64,000 bases of DNA, from the NCBI GenBank assembly GCA_029550965.1, contig JAKPGJ010000015.1, positions 2,139-66,138 on the forward strand. Reading direction: 5' to 3'. Numbering within the stretch: the stretch's first letter is position 1; the number at the start of each line of letters is the position of its first letter. Below the pieces are notes generated by a model, which worked only from the letters and a program-made list of their open reading frames with translations, was not told where the DNA came from and searched no databases. The position numbers and the translations under genes are program-made. The stretch is from Bacillota bacterium. GTDB taxonomy: Bacteria > Bacillota > Clostridia > Oscillospirales > CAG-382. Shown here piece after piece: positions 28,529 through 38,775 of the stretch.

Positions 28529-30008
28529 TCGCGTCGGCGAACGCAAGCACTTCGCTTTTCATCGCTTCTTTTTCAATAATTTTCGTAAAGCGAACCTTTT
28601 TGCTTTCCAGTTTCGCCAAGCGTTCCGGAATTTGAACGCCGCTGACCGCGTTCAGCTTCTTTAGCGCTTCGAACTCTTCCGCGGGAACCGTTTCGCCGAG
28701 CGCGCCCAGCACGGCGGGCGAGAACTTGTAGGGCGAAGCGGTCGAAGCGATCAGCATCGCGCCGTCGTCGCCGGTCGTCTTTTTATATTCTTCCGCGCAG
28801 TAAAGCCCCACCGCGGTGTGCGTATCCGAAAGGTAATTGTAGTTTTCAAAATAACGCTTTATGGTTTCTTTTGTGCCGTCCTCGTCGCAGAAACAGCCGC
28901 AGAAGTCCTGCTGAATGACCTCCAGCACGTCTTTTTCCACTTCAAAATAGCCTTTCTCAAGGAGCGACTTCATATATCCGGCGCAGCGGGACGCTCCGGC
29001 GATTAGGTATAAGAGCCGCTCAAGGTTGCTGGAAATCAGAATGTCCATCGAGGGGGAAATGGTCGTATAGAAAGGCCTGCGCTTGTCGTAAACGCCGGTT
29101 CGTATAAAATCGGTGAGAATGTTGTTTTTGTTGGACGCGCAAACCAGTTTTCCGATCGGAACCCCCATTTTCTTCGCGAAATAGCAGGCCAATATGTTGC
29201 CGAAGTTGCCGGTCGGAACCGTGACGTTCAAAGTCTCGCCGGGCTTTATCTTTTTCTGCTTTAAAAGCTCGCAGTATGCCGAAACATAATATACAATCTG
29301 CGGCGCGAGCCTGCCCCAGTTGATGGAGTTCGCGCTGGAAAGGAAAAGGCCTTTTTGATTCAACGCTTCGATGATTTCTCCGTCGCCGAAAATGGCTTTT
29401 ACGCCGCTCTGCGCGTCGTCGAAATTGCCTTTAATCGCGGTGACGCATACGTTTTTGCCGCTCTGCGTCGCCATTTGCCTTTTCTGGATGTTGCTGACCC
29501 CGTCGCTCGGATAGAATACCTGTATAAATACCCGTTCTGCGTCGGCATAGCCTTCCAAAGCCGCTTTGCCGGTGTCGCCGGAAGTGGCAACCAGAATCAA
29601 AGCGTCCCTTTTCTCGCCCGTCTTTTCGAGCGCGAGCGCCAAGAGGTGCGGCATAATCTGCAAAGCCATGTCCTTGAACGCGCTGGTCGGGCCGTGCCAC
29701 AACTCTAAAACATAATCGCCGTTGACCTGCGACAGTCGAACAGGGGGCGACGGGAATTTGTGTCTGCCGTACGCTTTCGACGCGGCCCTGATCAGTTCCT
29801 CTTTCGTGTAATCGGTCAGGAATAATCCGAGCACATGCGCCGCTCTCTCGATATAATTCATTTTTGTCAGCGCGGTAATGTCCGCCTGAGACAGTACGGG
29901 AATGCTTTCGGGGACATATAAGCCGCCGTCGGGGGCGATGCCCTGCTTAATGACGTAAGCCGCCGATTTTTTCTCTGAGTTTTCACTTCTTGTGCTGATA
30001 TAGTTCAC
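28518..30008 (-). CDS. thrC: Threonine synthase (long form)
   Basis: MNYISTRS N-terminus. PLP-lysine region HGPTSAFKDMALQ. About 496 aa. Confidence 0.9.
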   Translation of the reverse strand: MNYISTRSENSEKKSAAYVIKQGIAPDGGLYVPESIPVLSQADITALTKMNYIERAAHVLGLFLTDYTKEELIRAASKAYGRHKFPSPPVRLSQVNGDYVLELWHGPTSAFKDMALQIMPHLLALALEKTGEKRDALILVATSGDTGKAALEGYADAERVFIQVFYPSDGVSNIQKRQMATQSGKNVCVTAIKGNFDDAQSGVKAIFGDGEIIEALNQKGLFLSSANSINWGRLAPQIVYYVSAYCELLKQKKIKPGETLNVTVPTGNFGNILACYFAKKMGVPIGKLVCASNKNNILTDFIRTGVYDKRRPFYTTISPSMDILISSNLERLLYLIAGASRCAGYMKSLLEKGYFEVEKDVLEVIQQDFCGCFCDEDGTKETIKRYFENYNYLSDTHTAVGLYCAEEYKKTTGDDGAMLIASTASPYKFSPAVLGALGETVPAEEFEALKKLNAVSGVQIPERLAKLESKKVRFTKIIEKEAMKSEVLAFADAIKK

Positions 30009-30030
30009 GATGATTTATTCCTCGCCGTAC

Positions 30031-30447
30031 TTAGAATGCGTTTTGAATGTGATGGATTTTATAGGGCGAAAAAACGCCTTTTTTTGTGTATATCTCGATA
30101 ATGTCGTTTCGCGTGTTCTTAACCCGTTTTTTCGCTTTAAATCCAAACTTGTAAAAAACCGTCACCCTGCCGTCTCTGCACTGCTCGCGCAGAAAAGCGG
30201 CAGCGGCGCTTCGCAGGCAGGCGATCTTCTTGTCGCCGACGGCTTCGGCCGGTGTTCCGAAAGAATCGTCCGAGCGCGTCTTGACTTCCGCGAAAACAAG
30301 GGTGCCGCGTTTGTACGCGACGATGTCCAGCTCCCCGCCGCCGGCTCTGTAATTCTGCGAAAGGATCCGGTACCCGTTCTTTTTTAAAAACTGCGCCGCG
30401 TACTGTTCACCAGCTCTGCCAAATGTCTTGCTGCTCAAAGCTGTCAC
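30031..30447 (-). CDS. yraN: YraN family (UPF0102) endonuclease-like protein
   Basis: GEQYAAQFLKKNGYRILSQNYR...GELDIVA...LVFAEVKTR motif. Overlaps the rnhB 3' end by 41 nt. Confidence 0.8.
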   Translation of the reverse strand: MTALSSKTFGRAGEQYAAQFLKKNGYRILSQNYRAGGGELDIVAYKRGTLVFAEVKTRSDDSFGTPAEAVGDKKIACLRSAAAAFLREQCRDGRVTVFYKFGFKAKKRVKNTRNDIIEIYTKKGVFSPYKIHHIQNAF

Positions 30448-31042
30448 CCAACGTTTTTTTCAAAAAACTGCGGCGGTGTACCGGGCAGGGACCGTATTTT
30501 AAAATAGCCGCTTTGTGCGCCTTTGTCGCATACCCTTTGTTTTTTGCAAATCCGTAGCCGGGATAAAACCGATCCATCTCCTCGCAATAGCGGTCCCGCG
30601 CGACTTTCGCAAGCACCGAGGCCGCCGCGATACAGGGAATTTTGCCGTCCCCTTTTACAACCGGCTGCGCAGGAATCGGAAAATCTCTGGCGATGTTTCC
30701 GTCCACCAGGGCTAAATCAGGCTTTATGGGCATCATCTCAATCGCTCTGCGCATGGCGAGCATGGAAGCGTTTAGAATGTTAATCGCTTCGATTTCGTAA
30801 ACCTCGGCATGCGCGATGCCGTAAGCGAGCGCCTTTTGTCGAATGATGTCGTACAAGTGGTTTCGCTCGCGCTCGGTCAGCTTCTTGGAGTCGTTCAGCT
30901 CCTCGATAACCAAACCTTTGGGAAGAATCACCGCCGCCGCGAAAACCGGGCCGGCAAGCGGTCCCCTTCCCGCTTCGTCGCAGCCGCATACGACGCTGAC
31001 CGTTTCGGTGTAAAAGGTGTTCTGCAAGTCCCAGCTTACCAT
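30407..31042 (-). CDS. rnhB: Ribonuclease HII
   Basis: GCDEAGRGPLAGPVFAAAV and DSKKL motifs. Confidence 0.92.
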   Translation of the reverse strand: MVSWDLQNTFYTETVSVVCGCDEAGRGPLAGPVFAAAVILPKGLVIEELNDSKKLTERERNHLYDIIRQKALAYGIAHAEVYEIEAINILNASMLAMRRAIEMMPIKPDLALVDGNIARDFPIPAQPVVKGDGKIPCIAAASVLAKVARDRYCEEMDRFYPGYGFAKNKGYATKAHKAAILKYGPCPVHRRSFLKKTLGDSFEQQDIWQSW

Positions 31043-31107
31043 TGGAAGCGCCCCCTTTTCCGCCCGTAAAAAACAGGCTTCCCTTATTTCTTGCTGCGCT
31101 TTATATA

Positions 31108-31950
31108 TTAATCGAGCGTGATTTTTCCGATTTTTCCCGCGCGGAACTCGTCCAGCAGAACGGACGCGCAGCGTTCCTCGTCAATCACGCCGCCCGAACG
31201 CAAAAAACCTCTTTTTCGCGCAATGCGTTCGAAAAGTTCGTATGAACTTTCGTCCGGCAAAGGCTCTGTCTTGTATCTTTCGGTTATGAAATGCGGGTAC
31301 TTCTCCCGCAAAAGGTCGAGCAGCTTGAGCGAAAGCTCAACCGTGTCCAAAATTTCATCCTTAATCGCGCCGGTGCAGGCGAGCTTGACGCCCGTCATCT
31401 GGTCGTCGAACTTATGCCACAAAACGCCGGGCGTATCCAAAAAGTCAATGCCGGCGTCCGACTGTATCCACTGGTTGGCGCGCGTCACGCCGGGCCTGTC
31501 CTCCGCTTTTGCTTTCTTCTTGCCGGTAAAAGTGTTGATAAATGTGGATTTTCCGACGTTGGTAATGCCGACGACCATCGCTTTGATGGTTCTGTTCATG
31601 CCTTTTTGCTCGTATCGCTCCAGCTTCTCTTTGAGCAGTTCGCGAACAGCGGGGACGATTTTGTTAAAATTCTTCTTTGTCTTGCAGTCTATGGGAATAA
31701 CAGGCTTTCCGTCCTCCGACAGCTTCTTGACCCAGTATTCGGTCGCCGCGTCGTCGGCAAGCGTGCATTTCGTCAGCAGCGTAATGCAGGGCTTGTTGGA
31801 AAAAATGCTTTCAAAATCGGGGTTTTTGCTTGAAACTGGTAAGCGCGCGTCTAAAAGCTCTATCACAATGTCGATCAGCGAGAGGCATTCGATCATCTTC
31901 CTCTTCGCTTTCGCCATGTGCCCGGGATACCAAACGATTGGATTCTCCAT
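31108..31950 (-). CDS. rbgA: Ribosome biogenesis GTPase A (YlqF)
   Basis: WYPGHMAKAKR N-terminus. Circularly permuted GTPase motifs LTKCTLAD, GITNVGKSTFIN, DTPGVLW. Confidence 0.92.
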   Translation of the reverse strand: MENPIVWYPGHMAKAKRKMIECLSLIDIVIELLDARLPVSSKNPDFESIFSNKPCITLLTKCTLADDAATEYWVKKLSEDGKPVIPIDCKTKKNFNKIVPAVRELLKEKLERYEQKGMNRTIKAMVVGITNVGKSTFINTFTGKKKAKAEDRPGVTRANQWIQSDAGIDFLDTPGVLWHKFDDQMTGVKLACTGAIKDEILDTVELSLKLLDLLREKYPHFITERYKTEPLPDESSYELFERIARKRGFLRSGGVIDEERCASVLLDEFRAGKIGKITLD

Positions 31951-31959
31951 TTTTCAAAC

Positions 31960-32640
31960 CTACTTTTCAAACGCGCTGCTGAACTCTATGACGCTGTCGG
32001 CGGTTCTGCCGGTATTGTTGTCCACTTTGCCGAAATTCGGGTAAACGCGGAAGATGACCCTGCCGAGAATATCGCTTTCGTTGAAGAGTCCGAACTCGCG
32101 GCTGTCCTTCGAATTGTTCCGGTTGTCGCCCAGGACAAAAATTTTGCCCTCGTCAACCAAAAACTCCTCGTCTGTCGCATACGCTCCGCCGGCCATCGGT
32201 ACGCCGGCGATTCTGCGGACGTAAGGTTCGTCCAGCTTTTCGCCGTCCACATAGATCGCCCAGTTCTCGTAATCGATTCTCACCCGCTGCCCGCCGACCG
32301 CGATGATTCTTTTAATCAGCGGCTTCGGAGAATGTTTGATCACCACAATATCGCCGGTTTTCGGCGTGTACGCCAGGTTCGATATAACCAGCTTGTCGTT
32401 GTTGTGCAGCGTATAGAGCATGGAATCGCCATCTACCGAAACATATCGGAACACAAACATAAAAAGCAGAATCATCAAGGCGAGCGCATAGCAGAATGTC
32501 TCGACGTACTCGTAAAGCCCCTGTATCGCGCTTTGCTTTTTCTTCTGCTTTTTTTCCTGCGCGTCTGCCTCTGTTTGCCGGTTTTCCTGCGTATCAACCG
32601 AATATTCATTGTTCTCCAATGCCATATTGTCAATACTCAT
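31960..32640 (-). CDS. lepB: Signal peptidase I
   Basis: One TM, catalytic VDGDSM, box KRIIAVGG and GDNRNNSKDSR. Confidence 0.9.
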   Translation of the reverse strand: MSIDNMALENNEYSVDTQENRQTEADAQEKKQKKKQSAIQGLYEYVETFCYALALMILLFMFVFRYVSVDGDSMLYTLHNNDKLVISNLAYTPKTGDIVVIKHSPKPLIKRIIAVGGQRVRIDYENWAIYVDGEKLDEPYVRRIAGVPMAGGAYATDEEFLVDEGKIFVLGDNRNNSKDSREFGLFNESDILGRVIFRVYPNFGKVDNNTGRTADSVIEFSSAFEK

Positions 32641-32771
32641 GCCATCTCGACCTTTCTGATTTCGGTAAAAAGCGCTGTCGCTTCTGTCTTAAAATTAGAA
32701 CAAAAGTGTCTGCAATACTACTTCTAAATAAGAAACAGTATCATACAGACACCTTTACGGTTGCAAAAGAC

Positions 32772-33113
32772 TTAGATTTTTTCTTTTACTTTAGCAGCCT
32801 TGCCGACTCTGTTACGCAAGTAATACAGCTTTGCTCTGCGAACCTTACCGCGTCTGACAATCTCGATTTTCTGTACGTTCGGCGAATGAAGCGGGAAGGT
32901 TTTCTCAGTTCCGACACCGAAAGAAACTCTTCTAACGGTAAAGGTCTCCGATATGCCGCCGTTTCTCTTAGCGATAACGGTACCTTCAAAAATCTGCGTT
33001 CTTACTCTTGCTCCCTCAACGATACGCTGATAAACCTTGACAACGTCGCCAACTTCAAAAGAGGGAACGTCTTTTTTAAGCTGCTCATTTACAAAAGCTT
33101 CAAGTATGTTCAT
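32772..33113 (-). CDS. rplS: 50S ribosomal protein L19
   Basis: Full-length L19 sequence ([16 protein letters not shown]...[14 protein letters not shown]). Confidence 0.97.
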   Translation of the reverse strand: MNILEAFVNEQLKKDVPSFEVGDVVKVYQRIVEGARVRTQIFEGTVIAKRNGGISETFTVRRVSFGVGTEKTFPLHSPNVQKIEIVRRGKVRRAKLYYLRNRVGKAAKVKEKI

Positions 33114-33193
33114 AAAGCTTTTCCTCCTGTTCGTTTGTTTACGAAGCGTTCGTGCTGAGCTTGCAGAGGACCGCTCCGGTAAATTGACAATTG

Positions 33194-33222
33194 ATTATAT
33201 CACAAGTGTTTGCGCTTTGCAA
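33194..33222 (-). promoter_or_regulatory. Sigma-A promoter for rplS operon (about 75-nt leader with ACGAACGCUUCGU hairpin, possible L19 autoregulatory leader)
   Basis: Minus strand TTGCAA (33222-33217), 17 nt, TATAAT (33199-33194). The hairpin acgaa-cgc-ttcgt lies just before the GGAGGAA RBS. Confidence 0.6.
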
Positions 33223-33307
33223 GCCTTTTTTATAAAAAATATTAGTAGAAGCGTATTGCGAAAAACGCCTTTATTTTTCTTCCCGGTTCGGATAAAAGGC
33301 TTTTTTC

Positions 33308-33357
33308 TTGACATATTAAGTAAAAAATGATAATATTGATTGTTACAAAATAACAAT
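33308..33357 (+). promoter_or_regulatory. Sigma-A promoter (TTGACA-17-TAATAT) followed by inverted repeat ATTGTTA-caaaa-TAACAAT at the predicted transcription start
   Basis: Read directly: TTGACA at 33308-33313, TAATAT at 33331-33336, inverted repeat at 33339-33357. Confidence 0.55.
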
Positions 33358-33385
33358 GTAATTATTTTTTTGTTTATGCTAAACT

Positions 33386-34228
33386 ATGAAATGCGAAAAC
33401 GCTCGGGAGGGCTGCGGTTTGACTGCTGCTGGCAGAGTGATCTTTATTACAAGCTTTAAAGGCGGGGTGGGCAAAACCACGGCCGCCGCCAATATTGCTG
33501 CGGCTCTGCGCGCCTTCGGCTACCGGGCGCTGGTCATCGACGGCGATTTCGGCATGCGCTGCATGGATTTGGTGCTCGGCTGCGAGAGCGACACGGTCTT
33601 CGACTGCTTCGACGTGCTCACCGGCCGTTGCGAGCCCGAAAAGGCGATTGCGGAATCGGAAGGACTTTTCTTTATGCCGGCGCCGATGAACTACAGCGGC
33701 GAACCAATCCCGGCAGATAGCTTTTTTGCGCTTTTTTCAAAACTGCGGCAGAAATTTGATTTCATCATCATCGACAGCTCGGCCGACCCGTCGCCCTATT
33801 ATTTATCCTTCGCGCGCGTCGCCGACGAAGCGATCATCGTCGCGCACCATCAATCGACGGCGGTTCGAGCGGCGGAGAAAACGGCCGCCAAGCTGTCCGA
33901 GTGGTTTTCGGACCCAAAGCTTATTATTAACGGTTTTCACCGGGAATATGCCGAAAAAGGCAAGCTCCCGAGCATCGTCGACATCATCAACCGCTCCACG
34001 GTCGGACTTATCGGCGTTATCCCGTTCGACGAAAACCTTCCGGCCGACCAGGAAAAAGGTTACGTAACCCTTTCCAGTGAAAAAAACGCGCGTTTGAAAA
34101 AATACGAAGCGGCTTTTGTCAATACGACGCTCAGACTTTTAGGAAAACGCGTCCCGCTGTTTCATAACGTTTTTACCCCAAAGCGGAAGAATTACTATCT
34201 GAAGAAATATAAAAAAGAGCCTGTTTGA
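33386..34228 (+). CDS. MinD/ParA-family P-loop ATPase (MinD-like, no minC/minE adjacent)
   Basis: Deviant Walker A SFKGGVGKTT, a MinD-like DGDFGMRCMDLVLG switch region, and a basic C-terminal tail KRKNYYLKKYKK. Confidence 0.75.
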   Translation: MKCENAREGCGLTAAGRVIFITSFKGGVGKTTAAANIAAALRAFGYRALVIDGDFGMRCMDLVLGCESDTVFDCFDVLTGRCEPEKAIAESEGLFFMPAPMNYSGEPIPADSFFALFSKLRQKFDFIIIDSSADPSPYYLSFARVADEAIIVAHHQSTAVRAAEKTAAKLSEWFSDPKLIINGFHREYAEKGKLPSIVDIINRSTVGLIGVIPFDENLPADQEKGYVTLSSEKNARLKKYEAAFVNTTLRLLGKRVPLFHNVFTPKRKNYYLKKYKKEPV

Positions 34229-34306
34229 AGGATGCCTTCAAACGACGTTATGCGCAACCACAATTCTCAAAGTCGGGGAACCAGAGGAAAGGAATGAATT
34301 TTAACA

Positions 34307-34714
34307 GTGAACATCGCCATCATCGCCAGTGACAAGAAAAAAGAACTGATTACAGAGTTCTGCCTTGCATACTGCGGAATTTTGAGCAGGCATAAGCTTT
34401 GCGCCACCGCGACAACAGGGAAATATATTTACGAAGCGACAAAGCTGAACATCGAAAGGCTGTTGTCCGGATATCATGGAGGCATCCAGCAAATCGCTTC
34501 GAAAATAGCCTATGATGAGGTCGATATCCTCATTATGCTGCGGGATCCGTTCAACGAGCAGGAATACACCGGCTCGGAGCTGGAGCTTATCCGTCTTTGC
34601 GATAAGCTGAATGTTCCGGTTGCGACCAACATTGCGACCGCAGAAGCGCTCATCCTCGCGCTCGACAGAGGCGACCTTGACTGGAGAACGCTTCAGAGAG
34701 ACAAAAAAAGGTAA
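34307..34714 (+). CDS. Methylglyoxal synthase-like protein with non-canonical active site
   Basis: GTG start. Clearly homologous to MgsA end to end (MNIAIIASDKKK..ATTGKYI..SG..GG.QQI..RDP..LIRLCD..NVPVATN). However, His19 is Ser, GGDQQ is GGIQQ, and PHEPD is EYTGS. Confidence 0.7.
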   Translation: MNIAIIASDKKKELITEFCLAYCGILSRHKLCATATTGKYIYEATKLNIERLLSGYHGGIQQIASKIAYDEVDILIMLRDPFNEQEYTGSELELIRLCDKLNVPVATNIATAEALILALDRGDLDWRTLQRDKKR

Positions 34715-34755
34715 ACATTATTCGGTATTACCGTAGAAAGGCATGGACAATACGA

Positions 34756-36015
34756 ATGGGTTATCAAAAGCCAAAAGGAACGCTGGACATTTTGCCGTCG
34801 GAGAGCGGCGTTTGGCTGTATGTGGAAGATACGATAAGACGTCAGGCTGAGCTTGCCGGATTCAAGCTGATTCGTTTTCCGACCTTCGAGGCGACCGAGC
34901 TGTTCAACAGAGGCGTCGGCGGAACGACGGACATCGTACAGAAGGAAATGTACACCTTCATCGACAAGGACGGCTCAAGCCTTACGCTGCGTCCGGAGGG
35001 GACAGCCTGTGTGGCAAGAAGCGTGCTGGAGAACGGCCTTTACGCCGGCGCGATGCCGCTGAAACTGTACTATCTATCCAACTTCTTCCGCCGCGAGCGC
35101 CCGCAGGCGGGCAGAAGCCGCGAGTTCTGGCAGTTCGGCGTCGAGCTTTTCGGCAGCGCCGGCGCGGAAGCGGACGCTTCGGTGATCCTGCTTGCGAACA
35201 ACGTTTTTCGTGCGTTCGGCTTGCAAAACATAAAACTGAAAATCAATTCCATCGGCTGCCCGAACTGCAGGCCCGCATACCGCGAAGCGCTCAAAAAGCA
35301 TTTCGAGCGCAATCAGGACGAGCTCTGCCAAACCTGCAAGGACAGGCTCGATACCAATCCTTTGCGGATTCTTGACTGCAAATCGCCTGTCTGCAAAAAC
35401 ATCGCGAAGGGCGCGCCGAGAACGATAGACTTTTTGTGCGACGACTGCAAAGCGCATTTTGATAAGCTCAAAACCCTGCTGGACGACTGCGGGGTCAGCT
35501 ATGAAATCGACACCAACATTGTACGCGGTCTGGACTACTATACCAAAACCGTGTTCGAGTTTATCAACGAATCCATCGGCGCGCAGAGCACCGTCTGCGG
35601 CGGCGGAAGGTACGACGGGCTGATTGAGGAGCTGGGCGGTCAGCCGCTGCCGGGCGTAGGCTTCGGCATGGGCATTACCCGGCTGATTCAGTCGCTAAAG
35701 GACGAAAATTTAGTCCCCGAAATCGATTCGTCGGCAACCGTTTACATCGCCCCGCTCGGAGAAGCGGCCGCAAGAAAAGCGTTCGTGCTCGCGGAAAACC
35801 TGCGCGAAAAAGGCGTCGCGGCGGAAACCGACCTCTGCGCGCGCTCATTGAAAGCGCAGATGAAGTACGCGGACAAAACCGGCGCGAAGTTCGTGCTGGT
35901 TCTCGGCGACAACGAGATAAACGAAGGAAAAGCGGTGCTGCAGAACATGCGGACCGGCGAGAAAATACAGATTGATTTAAGCTTAGAGCGTATCATGAAT
36001 ACTGTCTGTTTATAG
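34756..36015 (+). CDS. hisS: Histidine--tRNA ligase
   Basis: KGTLDILP N-terminus. Class II motifs FRRERPQAGRSREFWQFG and GGGRYDGL. Confidence 0.95.
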   Translation: MGYQKPKGTLDILPSESGVWLYVEDTIRRQAELAGFKLIRFPTFEATELFNRGVGGTTDIVQKEMYTFIDKDGSSLTLRPEGTACVARSVLENGLYAGAMPLKLYYLSNFFRRERPQAGRSREFWQFGVELFGSAGAEADASVILLANNVFRAFGLQNIKLKINSIGCPNCRPAYREALKKHFERNQDELCQTCKDRLDTNPLRILDCKSPVCKNIAKGAPRTIDFLCDDCKAHFDKLKTLLDDCGVSYEIDTNIVRGLDYYTKTVFEFINESIGAQSTVCGGGRYDGLIEELGGQPLPGVGFGMGITRLIQSLKDENLVPEIDSSATVYIAPLGEAAARKAFVLAENLREKGVAAETDLCARSLKAQMKYADKTGAKFVLVLGDNEINEGKAVLQNMRTGEKIQIDLSLERIMNTVCL

Positions 36016-36027
36016 GAAGAGGTAATT

Positions 36028-37803
36028 ATGGCGGAATTATTAGGCAGCGACCGCCGCACGCATTACTGCGGCGAGCTTCGAGAAAGCGATATCGGAAAAA
36101 AAGTATGTGTGATGGGCTGGGTCCAGAAGCAGCGAGACCTCGGCAGCCTGATTTTTATCGACCTGCGCGACAGAACCGGCATCGTGCAGTTGGCGTTCGA
36201 CGAGAAAACCGAAAAGGAGATCTTCGATAAAGCCTTTCGGATTCGAAGCGAATATGTTTTGTCTGCGAAAGGCACCGTAAGAGAAAGGTCGAGCAAGAAT
36301 CCGAATATCCCGACCGGGAATATCGAAATTTTTGTGGAAAGCCTGAAAATTCTTGCTGTTTCGGAAACCCCTCCCTTTGAAATCACCGACGAGACGAAAG
36401 CGAACGAAGAACTGCGGCTCAAATACCGCTATCTTGACCTGCGCCGTCCCGCGCTGCAGCAGAATCTGATGTTCCGGCACAAGGTCGCGAAGATAACAAG
36501 AGATTATTTTGACGAACAGGGCTTTATTGAGATAGAAACGCCGATATTAATCAAATCCACGCCGGAAGGCGCAAGGGACTATCTTGTGCCCAGCAGACTG
36601 CACAAGGGCTCGTTCTACGCGCTGCCGCAGTCTCCGCAGCTGTATAAACAGCTGTCGATGGTTGCCGGGTTTGACCGCTATATGCAGATTGCGCGCTGCT
36701 TCAGAGACGAAGACCTGCGCGCTGACAGGCAGCCGGAGTTTACGCAGATAGACCTTGAGATGAGCTTTGTCGATCAGGAGGACATTTTAAACATCGTCGA
36801 AGGCTATATCCAGCGTCTGTTTAAAGAAGCGCTGGACATCGATATCCCGCTCCCGCTGCCGAGATATACCTACCGCGAAGTGATGAACCGCTTCGGCACC
36901 GACAAGCCGGATATGCGCTTCGGCATGGAACTTCGCGATCTGTCCGACGTTGTCGCCGACTGCGGATTTGCGGTGTTTGCCGACGCTGTTAAAAACGGCG
37001 GCAGCGTTCGCGGCTTTACGATAAAAGGAAAAGCGGACGTTCTGACCCGCAAAGAAATCGACAAACTGACGGAATACGCGAAGGGCTGCGGCGCCAAAGG
37101 TCTCGCATGGGTGCGCCGCGCCGGTCAGATTTCGTCCTCTTTTGCAAAATTCCTGACCGAAGACGAGATGAACGCGCTGCTTGCGAAAGCGGACTGCGAA
37201 GACGGCGACGTTCTGCTCATCATCGCGGACAGCAACACCTCGAACGTGCTGACCCAGCTCGGTCAACTGCGCGTGGAAGCGGCGAACCGTCTGAATATCG
37301 AAAGAAGCGGCTACTGCTTCCTTTGGGTTGTGGAAATGCCCTTCTTTGAGTTTGACAAAGAGACCGGCGAATGGGTGGCCATGCACCATCCCTTTACGGC
37401 GCCGCTGGATGAATGTATCCCCTATCTGGAAACCGACAAGGCAAACGTGCGCGCGAAGGCGTATGACCTGGTTCTCAACGGCATAGAGCTTTCGAGCGGT
37501 TCGATCAGAATTACAGACCCCGAACTGCAGGCAAAGATATTTCAGTTGCTGGGGCTTTCCGACGAAGAAGCGAAAGCAAAGTTCGGATATCTCCTGGACG
37601 CATTCCGTTTCGGTCCTCCCCCGCACGGCGGCATGGCCATTGGACTGGACAGACTTGTCATGCAGATGCTCGGCGCGAGCAGCCTGCGCGAAGTCGTGGC
37701 GTTCCCGAAAGTGCAGAACGCTTCCGAGCTGATGACCGACTGCCCGGCGGAGGTTCCCGAATCGGCGCTCGAAGAGCTCGGACTCATCATAAGGAAGGAG
37801 TAA
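36028..37803 (+). CDS. aspS: Aspartate--tRNA ligase
   Basis: OB-fold N-terminus, [39 protein letters not shown]. Confidence 0.95.
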   Translation: MAELLGSDRRTHYCGELRESDIGKKVCVMGWVQKQRDLGSLIFIDLRDRTGIVQLAFDEKTEKEIFDKAFRIRSEYVLSAKGTVRERSSKNPNIPTGNIEIFVESLKILAVSETPPFEITDETKANEELRLKYRYLDLRRPALQQNLMFRHKVAKITRDYFDEQGFIEIETPILIKSTPEGARDYLVPSRLHKGSFYALPQSPQLYKQLSMVAGFDRYMQIARCFRDEDLRADRQPEFTQIDLEMSFVDQEDILNIVEGYIQRLFKEALDIDIPLPLPRYTYREVMNRFGTDKPDMRFGMELRDLSDVVADCGFAVFADAVKNGGSVRGFTIKGKADVLTRKEIDKLTEYAKGCGAKGLAWVRRAGQISSSFAKFLTEDEMNALLAKADCEDGDVLLIIADSNTSNVLTQLGQLRVEAANRLNIERSGYCFLWVVEMPFFEFDKETGEWVAMHHPFTAPLDECIPYLETDKANVRAKAYDLVLNGIELSSGSIRITDPELQAKIFQLLGLSDEEAKAKFGYLLDAFRFGPPPHGGMAIGLDRLVMQMLGASSLREVVAFPKVQNASELMTDCPAEVPESALEELGLIIRKE

Positions 37804-37806
37804 ATT

Positions 37807-38775
37807 ATGATTGAGATTCTTAACGTAACCAAAAAATTCGGCGATAAGGTAGCGGTGGACAACCTGTCGTTTAACGTCGTCGAAGGCGAGATTTTGGGCT
37901 TCCTCGGACCGAACGGAGCCGGCAAATCCACCACCATGAACATCATTACCGGCTATCTGTCGGCGACGAGCGGAACCGCCAAAATCGACGGCATAGACAT
38001 TCTGGAGAATCCAATCGAAGCGAAGAGAAGAATCGGCTTCCTTCCCGAAATCCCGCCGCTGTATCCCGAAATGACGGTTAAGGAGTACCTGGGCTTCGTT
38101 TACGAGCTGAAGGAATGCCGTTTTCCGAAAGAACAGCATCTTAAGGAAATCTGCGACGTTGTCAAAATCGGCGACGTCTATAAGCGGATGATCAAGAACC
38201 TCTCCAAAGGCTACCGCCAGAGAGTGGGCATCGCGCAGGCGCTGATCGGGAACCCGAAGGTGCTCATCTTCGACGAGCCTACCATCGGACTTGACCCGAA
38301 GCAGATTATTGAGATTAGAAACCTGATTAAAATGCTGGGCAAAGAGCACACCGTCATTCTGTCCACGCACATCCTGCCCGAGGTGCAGGCCGTCTGCGAC
38401 AGAATCGTTGTCATCAACAAAGGCAAGCTGGTCGCGAACGAAAAGACCGAGGACCTTATCCTTGCCGTCGAAGGCTCAAGAAGGCTTACGGCGAAAATTG
38501 TCGGACCGGAAGCAGAAGTGCTCAAGATGCTCAAATCCACGCCCGGCGTAAGATACGCCGAATCCATCGGAAAGCGGGATACGGACAGCATCAGCTATAT
38601 CATCGAATCCGAGGACAACGTGGACGTACGAAAATCGCTGTTCTTTAATCTGGCGAAGAACAACTGGCCTTTGATCGGGCTTGAAGGAGACGAGCTGAAC
38701 CTTGAGGATATATTCATCCGGCTCATCGATAAAGAAAAGAGCGACAAAAAGAAGAGAGGTGCTAAAAAAGGATGA
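37807..38775 (+). CDS. ABC transporter ATP-binding protein (ABC-2/GldA-like subfamily)
   Basis: GPNGAGKST, LSKGYRQRVGIAQAL, LIFDEPTIGLD. Starts 3 nt after the aspS stop. Confidence 0.9.
   Translation: MIEILNVTKKFGDKVAVDNLSFNVVEGEILGFLGPNGAGKSTTMNIITGYLSATSGTAKIDGIDILENPIEAKRRIGFLPEIPPLYPEMTVKEYLGFVYELKECRFPKEQHLKEICDVVKIGDVYKRMIKNLSKGYRQRVGIAQALIGNPKVLIFDEPTIGLDPKQIIEIRNLIKMLGKEHTVILSTHILPEVQAVCDRIVVINKGKLVANEKTEDLILAVEGSRRLTAKIVGPEAEVLKMLKSTPGVRYAESIGKRDTDSISYIIESEDNVDVRKSLFFNLAKNNWPLIGLEGDELNLEDIFIRLIDKEKSDKKKRGAKKG

Noticed and set aside
34715-34755. Expected T-box leader upstream of hisS-aspS
   Set aside because: Only 41 nt separate the mgsA-like stop from the hisS start, so there is no space or motif for a T-box. 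The genes appear to be read through from upstream.
36787-38370. 527-aa minus-strand ORF spanning the aspS/ABC ATPase junction
   Set aside because: It is antisense to two well-supported genes and crosses their boundary. Its composition is low in complexity and Arg-rich. It is an artefact of absent stop codons.
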